Source: a virus (taxonomy: Duplodnaviria; Caudoviricetes). From it: a stretch of 26,597 nt of DNA. The notes beneath the pieces are model-generated. The model was not told the DNA's origin and did no database searches. It saw nothing but the letters and a program-made list of their open reading frames with translations. Within the stretch, counting starts at the first letter, position 1, and the number at the start of each line of letters is the position of its first letter. The stretch spans positions 1 through 26,597 of the IMG/VR virus record IMGVR_UViG_3300024513_000076; one strand, given 5' to 3'. Below, piece after piece: positions 14,659-23,145 of this stretch. A program made the position numbers and the translations under genes.

Positions 14659-15134
14659 TCTGCCCCATTGCTACGCAAGACATCCAAGAGAACCTCAAGG
14701 CTAGGGATTGGGCCTTCAAGAATGTTGGCTATGGTCCAGCAAACCCAGAGGAAGAAAACGAGGACTTCTGGCAAGCCAAATCAGACGAATGGCAGACTCC
14801 TATCGAGGAAGCCAAGTCAATGCGTTGCGGAAATTGCGCTGCATTCATCCAGACTCCAGAGATGATTGACTGCATTGTTGCAGGAATACAACAAGAAGAG
14901 TCTGACCAAGAAACGTACGCCAATGAAGTACAAGACGCTGCGAATCTTGGTTACTGCGAACTTTTCGAGTTCAAGTGTGCTGGAAACAGAACTTGCTCTG
15001 CTTGGTTAAGTGGTGGACCAATCACTCAAAAGCTGACTCAGAAGCAAAAGCAGATGCTGAGAATTGCCAAACACGAAGCAATGAAAGGGATGGAATATGA
15101 AGATGACTCCGAAGGGCCAGAAGAAGGTAGCTAA
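14655..15134 (+). CDS. Cys-rich protein with HiPIP-like cysteine spacing
   Basis: RCGNCAAF...GYCELFEFKCAGNRTCSAW. Confidence 0.75.
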   Translation: MICPIATQDIQENLKARDWAFKNVGYGPANPEEENEDFWQAKSDEWQTPIEEAKSMRCGNCAAFIQTPEMIDCIVAGIQQEESDQETYANEVQDAANLGYCELFEFKCAGNRTCSAWLSGGPITQKLTQKQKQMLRIAKHEAMKGMEYEDDSEGPEEGS

Positions 15135-15261
15135 AGTGATGTCCGAATGGGGCAAAGGAAAGCTCCACTCTGGCAGCAAAAAAGGACCAGTAGTTAAGAG
15201 CCAATCCCAGGCCGTTGCGATTGCAATGAGCGAAGCTCGCAAGGCGATGAAAAAGAAATGA
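15097..15261 (+). CDS. 54-aa basic protein, DUF6496-like (not in ORF track)
   Basis: MKMTPKGQKKVAKVMSEWGKGKLHSGSKKGPVVKSQSQAVAIAMSEARKAMKKK. ATGA overlap with the next gene. Confidence 0.8.
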   Translation: MKMTPKGQKKVAKVMSEWGKGKLHSGSKKGPVVKSQSQAVAIAMSEARKAMKKK

Positions 15262-15551
15262 CTGCCGCCTGGACCAGAAAAGAGGGAAAGAATCCAAAGG
15301 GTGGCCTCAATGAAAAAGGCCGTAAGTCTTATGAAAGACAGAACCCTGGTTCTAACTTGAAGGCTCCTGTAAAGAGTGGAGACAACCCAAGAAGGGCATC
15401 TTTTCTGGCAAGGATGGGGAATATGCCTGGTCCAGAATACAAGGATGGAGAGCCAACAAGACTCCTGTTGAGCCTAAAGGCTTGGGGAGCAAACAGCAAG
15501 GCAGATGCTAAAGCAAAGGCTAAAGCAATCAGCGCGAGAAATAAAAAATGA
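15258..15551 (+). CDS. Basic conserved phage protein, DUF6321-like
   Basis: AWTRKEGKNPKGGLNEKGR...RRASFLARM...LSLKAW. Confidence 0.8.
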   Translation: MTAAWTRKEGKNPKGGLNEKGRKSYERQNPGSNLKAPVKSGDNPRRASFLARMGNMPGPEYKDGEPTRLLLSLKAWGANSKADAKAKAKAISARNKK

Positions 15552-16732
15552 GTCTACTAGAAGACGAAATTAAGCCAACACCAAGGAATTACATACTTGG
15601 TTTATTGGCTGATGCAGCACAAAGGGCAAATGAGACGGTAAGCCGTCCTGCTGGATACGACAATCCGCCTGGCCGAATTCTGATGAGTCTTCTTGGTGTT
15701 CCTGCAATTGCTCAGACTCTTGATAGATTGTCTTATGGAGAGCCATTGACCACTGGCAGAGGAATGACAACAAAAGTCAGACCAGAAGCAATGGAAGCAG
15801 CAATGGCAATTGCTCCTGGAGTTGGGCCAGCAACAAAAGCAACTGCTAAAGCAGCTAAAGCCGCTGCAAAAGAACTTGGACCAAAAGCCGCAGACATTGC
15901 AGAGCGGTACATGATGGAACAGGGGTTAGCCAAGCCAATGATTGTTTGGCATGGAAGCCCACATAAGTTTAAGAAGTTCGACCCCTCAAAGATTGGGACG
16001 GGTGAGGGTGCTCAAGCGTATGGGCATGGGTTGTATTTGGCTGAGTCTCCTGACGTAGCCAAGGCATATCAGCCGCGTGACCCCAATCTAGAGCAAAGAA
16101 TCATGCAGCGGTATTCGCAAGCGGAAAAGGCAAAAGATTACCCGGCGATGCAGGTGTATGAGGATTACCTGCTGCACAAAACTCCAATGGACGTTGAGCA
16201 GGGATTGAAAGAGGCGGGCTTTGAAGGAAAAGACCTCGCGTCAGCGTTAAGAGCGCACAACATTGCAAAGAGGGAATACTTCAATCAGCGCGCTGGTTCC
16301 CTCTACAAAGTTGACTTGCCCGACGAGCAAATTGCAAAGATGCTTGATTGGGATAAGCCGCTGAGTGAACAAACGGAATATGTGCGCAAAGCATTGGAGG
16401 CGCTTGGATACAAGTACGACAAAGCTGCTTCTAATGCGTATTCTGACGCTCTACTGTCAGCGCTTGAGGGAGACGCAACTTTGGCATTGCCAAAAATGCC
16501 TCGCAACCCACAAGGTTCTGAGATTGCTCGCGGACAGGGAATTTTCGACGCTCCAAAAGACAAAGTTATTGCAGAAAAATTGCGTCAAGCAGGTATCCCT
16601 GGCATCCGCTATCTTGACCAAGGCTCACGCGGTGCAGGTCAAGGCACCAGCAACTTTGTAGTGTTTCCTGGAGAAGAAGAGTTGCTTAAAATCCTTGAGC
16701 GCAACGGGATACCAATAGAGTCACTACTGTAA
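15548..16732 (+). CDS. Two-part protein with C-terminal ADP-ribosyltransferase-like domain (polyvalent-protein type)
   Basis: VWHGSPHKF..FD...GTGEGAQAYGHGLYLAESPDVAKAY...LYKVDL...GIPGIRYLD...NFVVF, preceded by an Ala/Lys-rich linker. Confidence 0.7.
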   Translation: MSLLEDEIKPTPRNYILGLLADAAQRANETVSRPAGYDNPPGRILMSLLGVPAIAQTLDRLSYGEPLTTGRGMTTKVRPEAMEAAMAIAPGVGPATKATAKAAKAAAKELGPKAADIAERYMMEQGLAKPMIVWHGSPHKFKKFDPSKIGTGEGAQAYGHGLYLAESPDVAKAYQPRDPNLEQRIMQRYSQAEKAKDYPAMQVYEDYLLHKTPMDVEQGLKEAGFEGKDLASALRAHNIAKREYFNQRAGSLYKVDLPDEQIAKMLDWDKPLSEQTEYVRKALEALGYKYDKAASNAYSDALLSALEGDATLALPKMPRNPQGSEIARGQGIFDAPKDKVIAEKLRQAGIPGIRYLDQGSRGAGQGTSNFVVFPGEEELLKILERNGIPIESLL

Positions 16733-16788
16733 ACTTAAAGAGTAATTGCTATAAACTTAAGCCCGATGGCCCGAAAGGAGTCGGAAAC

Positions 16789-17076
16789 ATGAATAAACAA
16801 TCCTTAAATAATCGAGGAAGACCAAAAGGCTCACCAAATAGGGCTACGGCAGACGTACGGGCCGCTATAGCCACTTTTGCAGAGGGTAACGCACACAAGC
16901 TCCAGGAATGGCTTGATCGCGTTGCAGAGGGTTCTGAGGGCATTAGGCCAGATCCTGCAAAAGCCGCAGATTTGTATCTGAGGGCAATTGAGTACCACAT
17001 TCCAAAGCTGGCTAGAACTGAAGTCAGTGGTGCTAATGGCGAGCCTATCAAGCAGGTGATTACTTGGGCCAAGTAA
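16789..17076 (+). CDS. terS: Putative terminase small subunit
   Basis: GRPKGSPN N-terminus and TEVSGANGEPI C-terminus. Directly upstream of and overlapping terL. Confidence 0.75.
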   Translation: MNKQSLNNRGRPKGSPNRATADVRAAIATFAEGNAHKLQEWLDRVAEGSEGIRPDPAKAADLYLRAIEYHIPKLARTEVSGANGEPIKQVITWAK

Positions 17077-18332
17077 ACGAGATCGTAATTCCGTATAGCC
17101 CAAGAACACCGCAGTTAGCAATACACAGTGCTCTTGACCACAATAGATTCGTTGTTGTCGTTGCCCACAGACGGATGGGAAAGACTGTATCGGCCCTGAA
17201 TCATCTGATTAAAGCCGCAGTCGAGAACGAGAAAGAGGCTCCAAGATACGCTTACATAGCTCCGACCTACACTCAAGCAAAGAGAGTGGCTTGGGACTAT
17301 TTGCTTAAGTACACAGCTCCATTAAGCGCAACAGCAAACCACTCTGAACTAAGGGTGGACTTCTGGGGGCGCAGGATAAGTCTGTATGGATCTGACAACT
17401 TTGACTCACTTCGGGGCCAATACTTTGATGGTGTTGTCCTGGATGAGATTGGAGACCAAGACCCAAGAATCTGGAACGAGATCATTCGTCCATCACTTGC
17501 TGATAGACAAGGCTGGGCGCTGTTTATTGGAACTCCCAAAGGGGCGAACCACTTTAAGGATTTAAGAGACAGGGCTGGAGAAGAACCTGGCTGGGCATCA
17601 CTAGAGTTCAAAGCCTCTCAGACGCAGTTAATCCCGCATGAGGAATTGGTTGCTGCAAAGAGGGAGATGGGTGAAGACAAGTACCAGCAAGAGTTTGAGT
17701 GTTCTTTCAATGCTGCTGTGGAGGGTGCTTATTACGCAACCTTCCTCAATGAGTTGGAAGAAAAACAACGGATGGTTGAGATTGAAAGAGACGATCTCAC
17801 AAAGACATTCACGGCCTGGGACTTAGGAGTTGGTGACTCAACAGCAATCTGGGTGCTTCAGGCTGCTGGGCAAGAATATAGAGTCATGGACTTCGTGGAA
17901 AATCACGGTGTTGGACTCGATTGGTACGTAAACTGGATTAAAGAAAACAAGTGGCACACTGCCGAGCACATCCTTCCTCATGACGTTGAGGTTAGGGAAC
18001 TCGGAACTGGACGCAGCAGAAAAGAAATGCTGCAAGAAGCAGGACTTAGCATTACTGTCGCACCAAGACTGTCTGTTGCTGATGGCATTCAGTCAGTGAG
18101 GAGAATGCTTCCAAAGTGCTGGTTCAATATGCCAAAAGTTAAGCAAGGACTTGACGCTTTAAGAAACTATCGACGCGAGTACGACGAAAAAAGAAACGTC
18201 TACTTTGACAAGCCGCTACACAATTGGGCCTCTCACGCAAGTGATGCATTCCGATACATGGCTGTTGGAATAAACACACAAGGCGGCGATTGGAGCAAGC
18301 CTTTGTCCGTGAACTTAAAGTGGGTGGTCTGA
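17064..18332 (+). CDS. terL: Terminase large subunit
   Basis: Walker A HRRMGKT, Walker B VVLDE, motif III GTPKG, nuclease motifs AWDLG and HASDAFRY. Confidence 0.96.
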   Translation: MGQVNEIVIPYSPRTPQLAIHSALDHNRFVVVVAHRRMGKTVSALNHLIKAAVENEKEAPRYAYIAPTYTQAKRVAWDYLLKYTAPLSATANHSELRVDFWGRRISLYGSDNFDSLRGQYFDGVVLDEIGDQDPRIWNEIIRPSLADRQGWALFIGTPKGANHFKDLRDRAGEEPGWASLEFKASQTQLIPHEELVAAKREMGEDKYQQEFECSFNAAVEGAYYATFLNELEEKQRMVEIERDDLTKTFTAWDLGVGDSTAIWVLQAAGQEYRVMDFVENHGVGLDWYVNWIKENKWHTAEHILPHDVEVRELGTGRSRKEMLQEAGLSITVAPRLSVADGIQSVRRMLPKCWFNMPKVKQGLDALRNYRREYDEKRNVYFDKPLHNWASHASDAFRYMAVGINTQGGDWSKPLSVNLKWVV

Positions 18333-18557
18333 ATGTGGGTTGACAAACAAGGAAACCTTCCGGCGCTTCTTAAGTCTTTGCAAGACAGAATCGCCAAACT
18401 GGAATCTGAAGTTGAAGGATTGAAGAATGAATCAAGAGAGCCTGAAAAGCCTGCTGGATCAGGAAATCGACGACGCTATCGGTTACGTGCAGAGCGAAAC
18501 GACGGAATCGAGAACGAAAGCTCTGGAGTATTACCTTCGCTATCCGTACGGGAATGA
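18333..18557 (+). CDS. Small coiled-coil hypothetical protein overlapping the portal start
   Basis: ATG directly after the terL stop and a heptad segment LQDRIAKLESEVEGL. The 3' half overlaps the portal in another frame. Confidence 0.5.
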   Translation: MWVDKQGNLPALLKSLQDRIAKLESEVEGLKNESREPEKPAGSGNRRRYRLRAERNDGIENESSGVLPSLSVRE

Positions 18558-20472
18558 GGTAGAAGGCCGCAGCCAGATTGTTACTGGCGAGGTTGCAGAA
18601 GTCATTGATGGCGCATTGCCTCAACTGATTCGCATCTTTACTGCTAGTGATGATGTCGTTCGGTTTGAACCTGTTGCTCCTGGCGACGAAGGTCCAGCTA
18701 AACAAGCCACAGACTACACAAATTGGGTTTTCTACAAAGACAACCCTGGCTTTGCTCTGCTGCACGATTGGTTCAAAGACGGACTCCTTGAGAAAGTCGG
18801 CATCGTTAAGGCTTATTGGGACGATTCCTACGACATCACCAAGGAAACTTACCAAGACCTGACAGACGATGAATTGACCCTCCTACTTTCGGATGGTACT
18901 CGGGAGATCGTTGAACAGGAGACGGTTACCTATCCAGTGTTCAATCCAGATGGATCACCAACGATTGGGACTGATGGCGCTCAACTGATTCAGTCTTCTC
19001 ATAGCGTAAAAGTTATGAAGAAGACAAAGATTGGGCGAGTAAAGATTGAGAATCTGCCGCCAGAAGAGTTCCTGATCTCTAAGCGTGCTAGGACGATTGC
19101 TGACTCGCCTTTCTGCGCACATCGAGTTTTGCTTGCTAGGTCTGATCTGGTTGCGATGGGTTATCCGCAAGAGATTGTTGACAACCTGCCTGCTTACGAC
19201 GATCTGAGTTTCTCTCCAGAGCGTGTGGCTCGATTCTCTGAAGGAGAGCAACCAAGCGGAATGGAGTCCAACGACCCATCAATGCAGGAAGTTGAAGTCT
19301 ATGAGTGCTATATCCGCGCTGACATGGATGGAGACGGAATCGCAGAGTTGCATCGGGTTGTCTACGCTGGCAAAAAGATCATGGAGCAAGAGGAAACGGA
19401 CTATGTTCCGTTCCACAGTCTCTGTCCTATTCCAATTCCCCATAAATTTTATGGGTTGAGCCTTGCTGACAAAGTAATGGATCTTCAACTCCAGAAGTCC
19501 ACTATTACTCGGCAGATGTTGGATAACTTGTATCTGACAAACAATGCGCGGGTTGGTGCTGTTGAAGGCCGAGTCAACATTGAGGATTTGCTGAGTGTTA
19601 CGCCTGGTGGCGTGGTTCGGATGAAAGATCCGAATGCGGTTGTTCCTCTTGCTGTGCAGCCAGTTGCAAATCAAGCCTTTCCGATGCTTGAATACCTGGA
19701 TCAAACGCAAGCAAAGAGAACTGGAATTTCTGATGCAAGTCAGGGCCTAGATCCAAACATCCTACAAAACGTCACTGCAACGGCTGTTGCTGCATTCCAA
19801 AATGCATCTTCTGGCAAGTTGGAATTGATCGCCAGGATCTTTGCTGAGACAGGTGTAAAGAGTCTGTTTAAGGGAATCCTGCATCTGCTGTGCAAGTATC
19901 AGGACAAGCCACGCATCATCCGCATGAATGGTCAATATGTGGCGATGGATCCAAGGATGTGGAGCAATCAATATGATGTCTCTATCTCTGTGGGTCTTGG
20001 TACTGGGAATCAGCAGCAACAGATGGCAATGCTGTCGATGATCCTGTCCAAGCAAGAGCAAATTCTCCAGCAATACGGGCCTGCCAATCCTTTGGTGAGC
20101 GTTGGTCAGTATCGGGAGACTCTTGGAAGGATGATCGAGGCGGCTGGATTCAAAGATGCGGCTACCTTCTTCAAGACGATTACGCCACAGATGGATCAGG
20201 CTTTGAGCAATCCGCAGCCTCAGCAGCCGCAGCAAGATCCTGCTACACAAGCAATGATGGTTCAGGCAAATGCCCAGATCGCCATTGCACAGCAAAAAGC
20301 TCAAGCAGACATTCAGTTGGCAAGAGAGAAAGCTGCTGCCCAGATTCAGTTGGAGCGTGAGAAGGCTGCTGCTGAATTGGTCAGGAAGAAGCAAGAATTT
20401 GAAGCCGAGGTCCAGTTGAAAGCCGCTAAAGTCGGTGCTGGCATTGCAACGAACGTACAAATTCCGGGGTAA
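18427..20472 (+). CDS. Portal protein (P22-like, with Gln-rich C-terminal helix)
   Basis: 681 aa after terL. GIVKAYWD, PEEFLI, PIPHKFYG and RQMLDNLY motifs. Q/A-rich coiled-coil tail. Confidence 0.92.
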   Translation: MNQESLKSLLDQEIDDAIGYVQSETTESRTKALEYYLRYPYGNEVEGRSQIVTGEVAEVIDGALPQLIRIFTASDDVVRFEPVAPGDEGPAKQATDYTNWVFYKDNPGFALLHDWFKDGLLEKVGIVKAYWDDSYDITKETYQDLTDDELTLLLSDGTREIVEQETVTYPVFNPDGSPTIGTDGAQLIQSSHSVKVMKKTKIGRVKIENLPPEEFLISKRARTIADSPFCAHRVLLARSDLVAMGYPQEIVDNLPAYDDLSFSPERVARFSEGEQPSGMESNDPSMQEVEVYECYIRADMDGDGIAELHRVVYAGKKIMEQEETDYVPFHSLCPIPIPHKFYGLSLADKVMDLQLQKSTITRQMLDNLYLTNNARVGAVEGRVNIEDLLSVTPGGVVRMKDPNAVVPLAVQPVANQAFPMLEYLDQTQAKRTGISDASQGLDPNILQNVTATAVAAFQNASSGKLELIARIFAETGVKSLFKGILHLLCKYQDKPRIIRMNGQYVAMDPRMWSNQYDVSISVGLGTGNQQQQMAMLSMILSKQEQILQQYGPANPLVSVGQYRETLGRMIEAAGFKDAATFFKTITPQMDQALSNPQPQQPQQDPATQAMMVQANAQIAIAQQKAQADIQLAREKAAAQIQLEREKAAAELVRKKQEFEAEVQLKAAKVGAGIATNVQIPG

Positions 20473-20474
20473 TC

Positions 20475-21929
20475 ATGGCTGACATTGAAACTGGCTACGG
20501 AAATGATAGTTACTACGGCCCAGGTGGTGGTTATTACTGGGAAACCTCTGGTCAACCGTCTGGGTCCTCGCAGAACAATGCTTGGCAGACGATGATAAAT
20601 CCGGCTGATACGTTTATCCCACAAACGCTTGCTGGATTGCCATTGACAAGCCTTCCTATTGAAGGCTATCAGAATCGTTATTTTGGTGAGGGGTATGGCT
20701 ATGGTGCTGGAAGGTTTATTGACCAAACAACCCCGTTGGCGATGCAGTTTGGCGCTCCACAGCAAACGATTCAAACTCCAACTCAGCGTCCTCTCTATAC
20801 CCCTTCAGCCTGGGAAGCTCCTGCTATTGGTACAGTGGTCCAGAAGCAAGGAGATCAAACGCTTGCCAACATTCAGACTCAACTGACCAATTTAGCCAAT
20901 CAGCAAGCATCTTTGCAAAACCAGTTGGCTGGTGGAATTGAGTTGACTCCTGAACAGATCAATATGATCGGAAGTCAGTTCAAGCCTACTGACCTATCTG
21001 GGCTGCAAAGCGAGTTGGACGCTCTTAAGGGGCTATACAAGCCGACAGATTTGACGAGCATACAAGACCAACTAAACACGCTCAAAGACTTGTATCAGCC
21101 TACTGACTTTACTTCGTTGCAGGACCAGTTGAAATCATTAAAGGATCTGTATCAGCCAACTGACTTAACTGCATTGCAGGATCAGATTTCTTCGTTGAGA
21201 GACCTATATCAGCCAGCAGATTTGACATCTTTGCAAAATCAGTTGGCATCTTTGAAAGATCTGTATGGTTCTTTTGATCTGACATCTTTGCAAGATCAAC
21301 TGACAAGTCTTAAGGATCTCTATCAGCCAACGGATCTGACTTCTTTGCAGGATCAAATCTCTAATCTGAAAGATTTGTATCAGCCTACTGATTTGACATC
21401 CTTACAGAATGAACTTGCATCTTTGAGAGATTTGTATAAACCAACAGATCTTTCTGAATTGCAATCTCAACTAGCTGACTTGCAAGGCCGTGGACCTGTT
21501 GATTTGTCATCGATCTACGACCAATTGGCAGAACTTCAGAGCCGCCCAAGTTATGAACCCGTAGACTTGTCTACACTGCAAAGTCAACTGGATTCATTGC
21601 AAAGCCAAATCAGTGGAATTCAACCAACTGATCTTTCAGGGTTAATTTCTCAACTTAATACTTTGCAAGATCAGGTCTCTGGAATCCAATCAACAGACAT
21701 CTCTGGCTTAACCTCAGATATTGCTGCACTGCAAAATCAGATTTCTGGAATCAAGCCAACTGACCTGTCTGGAATACAAGCACAGATTGACGCTCTTAAG
21801 GGTTTATACCAACCAACTGATCTGACAAGCATCATTGATTCTTTGGCTGCTTTGCAAAGCCAGATTGGTTCTTTGTCTAATTTAGGCCAGCAATCTTCTG
21901 AATTGGTTGACTACGGATTACTACAATGA
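20475..21929 (+). CDS. Repeat-rich segmented coiled-coil protein
   Basis: G/Y-rich N-terminus followed by about 15 units of YQPTDLTSLQDQLxSLKDL type. Confidence 0.85.
   Translation: MADIETGYGNDSYYGPGGGYYWETSGQPSGSSQNNAWQTMINPADTFIPQTLAGLPLTSLPIEGYQNRYFGEGYGYGAGRFIDQTTPLAMQFGAPQQTIQTPTQRPLYTPSAWEAPAIGTVVQKQGDQTLANIQTQLTNLANQQASLQNQLAGGIELTPEQINMIGSQFKPTDLSGLQSELDALKGLYKPTDLTSIQDQLNTLKDLYQPTDFTSLQDQLKSLKDLYQPTDLTALQDQISSLRDLYQPADLTSLQNQLASLKDLYGSFDLTSLQDQLTSLKDLYQPTDLTSLQDQISNLKDLYQPTDLTSLQNELASLRDLYKPTDLSELQSQLADLQGRGPVDLSSIYDQLAELQSRPSYEPVDLSTLQSQLDSLQSQISGIQPTDLSGLISQLNTLQDQVSGIQSTDISGLTSDIAALQNQISGIKPTDLSGIQAQIDALKGLYQPTDLTSIIDSLAALQSQIGSLSNLGQQSSELVDYGLLQ
20979..21875 (+). repeat. Degenerate in-frame tandem repeat, mostly 57 nt (19 aa), with 66-nt (22 aa) variants
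   Basis: Recurrent TATCAGCC(A/T)AC(T/G)GA motif. Peptide units counted by hand. Confidence 0.9.
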
Positions 21930-22156
21930 ACAAAGCAGAGCGAGCAAAAACGCTCCTAACTGATGATTGGTTCAAGGGTGAATTAGATGCGTTAAGATCG
22001 CAGTTCATTACAGAGATCCTTAACTCCAGAGAATCAGACATTGAAGAACGTGAGAAAGCCTACTTGAAAGTAAGGTTTCTTGATGAAATAATTGCACATT
22101 TCCAGTCCATTGCTGATAGCGATCAAATCGTTAAGAAGCGGTGGAAAATTCTGTGA
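21926..22156 (+). CDS. Small conserved head-module protein
   Basis: KAERAKTLL...EREKAY pattern. ATGA overlap. Lies between portal and scaffold. Confidence 0.8.
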   Translation: MNKAERAKTLLTDDWFKGELDALRSQFITEILNSRESDIEEREKAYLKVRFLDEIIAHFQSIADSDQIVKKRWKIL

Positions 22157-22197
22157 ATCCGTACCGATTCGGTTAATCGGAAAATTGAAGGAAGCAA

Positions 22198-23136
22198 ATG
22201 GCAGAGAACACCGAGCCGCAAGGCAGTGGTTCAATGACTGTGAATCAAGCAGCACAATCCTTTCTTGGATTGATGGATGCTCCGCAGGAATCCGAACAGG
22301 AAGCTCCTGAAGAGCAGATGTCACAAGAGGAAGAAGCTGAACCTGAAGAAGCTCCACAAGAAGAGGAAGCTCCTGAACCGCAGCGATTCCGGGTGAAAGC
22401 CGCTGGAGAGGAAAGAGAGGTAACCTTTGATGAACTTGTGGATGGCTATCAAAAGGGTCTTGACTACACAAAAAAGTCACAAACGCTCGCAGAACAACGT
22501 AAAGCCGTTGAATCTGAGCGATTGGCTGTTGAACAGGCGAAGCAAGCACGTGATGCCTACGCGCAAAGACTAAACCTGATCGAGCAATTCCTGACCCAGC
22601 AAAACCAGGGCGAGAACCTTGAGGCGCTCAAGGAATCAGACCCTATTGGCTACGCAGTCAAGTTCGCAGAGAAGACGGAACGCGAACAACAACTGGCAAG
22701 AGTAAAAGCAGAACGTGAGCGACTGCTACAACAGCAATACCGCGAACAACAAGCCCAACTTGCACAGCGTGTTGAATCCGAGCGTCAGCGAGTGACTGAG
22801 ATCATTCCTGATTACGCGCACCCAGAAAAAGGGAACGTAATCAAGAAGCAGATGCGTGACTATGCAACAAGTCTAGGCTTTTCTGAAAATGAACTGTCTC
22901 AGGCTTATGATTCCCGCATGATCCAAGCTCTTTGGGAGGCTTCGCAATATCGCAAGCTACAAGCCCAAAAGCCTGACGTAACCAAGAAAGTCCAAGAAGC
23001 GCCAAGGATGCTTAAACCAGGCGTCGCAGCAACTCAAAAGGCTGCGGGTGACGAGCAGACGAAAAAAGCTCATGCACAGCTAAGGAAGTCAGGAAAAGTC
23101 TCCGACGCTGCTGCTCTGTTTGAACGTCTACTTTAA
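22198..23136 (+). CDS. Capsid scaffolding protein
   Basis: Acidic N-terminus, EVTFDEL..GYQ...DYTKKSQ motif, long coiled coil. Directly upstream of the capsid gene. Confidence 0.88.
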   Translation: MAENTEPQGSGSMTVNQAAQSFLGLMDAPQESEQEAPEEQMSQEEEAEPEEAPQEEEAPEPQRFRVKAAGEEREVTFDELVDGYQKGLDYTKKSQTLAEQRKAVESERLAVEQAKQARDAYAQRLNLIEQFLTQQNQGENLEALKESDPIGYAVKFAEKTEREQQLARVKAERERLLQQQYREQQAQLAQRVESERQRVTEIIPDYAHPEKGNVIKKQMRDYATSLGFSENELSQAYDSRMIQALWEASQYRKLQAQKPDVTKKVQEAPRMLKPGVAATQKAAGDEQTKKAHAQLRKSGKVSDAAALFERLL

Positions 23137-23145
23137 GGAATCAAA

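Noticed and set aside
19279-20774. Long antisense ORFs opposite the portal (143, 232 and 142 aa)
   Set aside because: Explained by the codon bias of the sense gene. No recognisable motifs.
20979-21875. Possible CRISPR array (regular 57-nt period)
   Set aside because: Units are degenerate at third codon positions, have no unique spacers and lie in frame in a long ORF. They are protein repeats.
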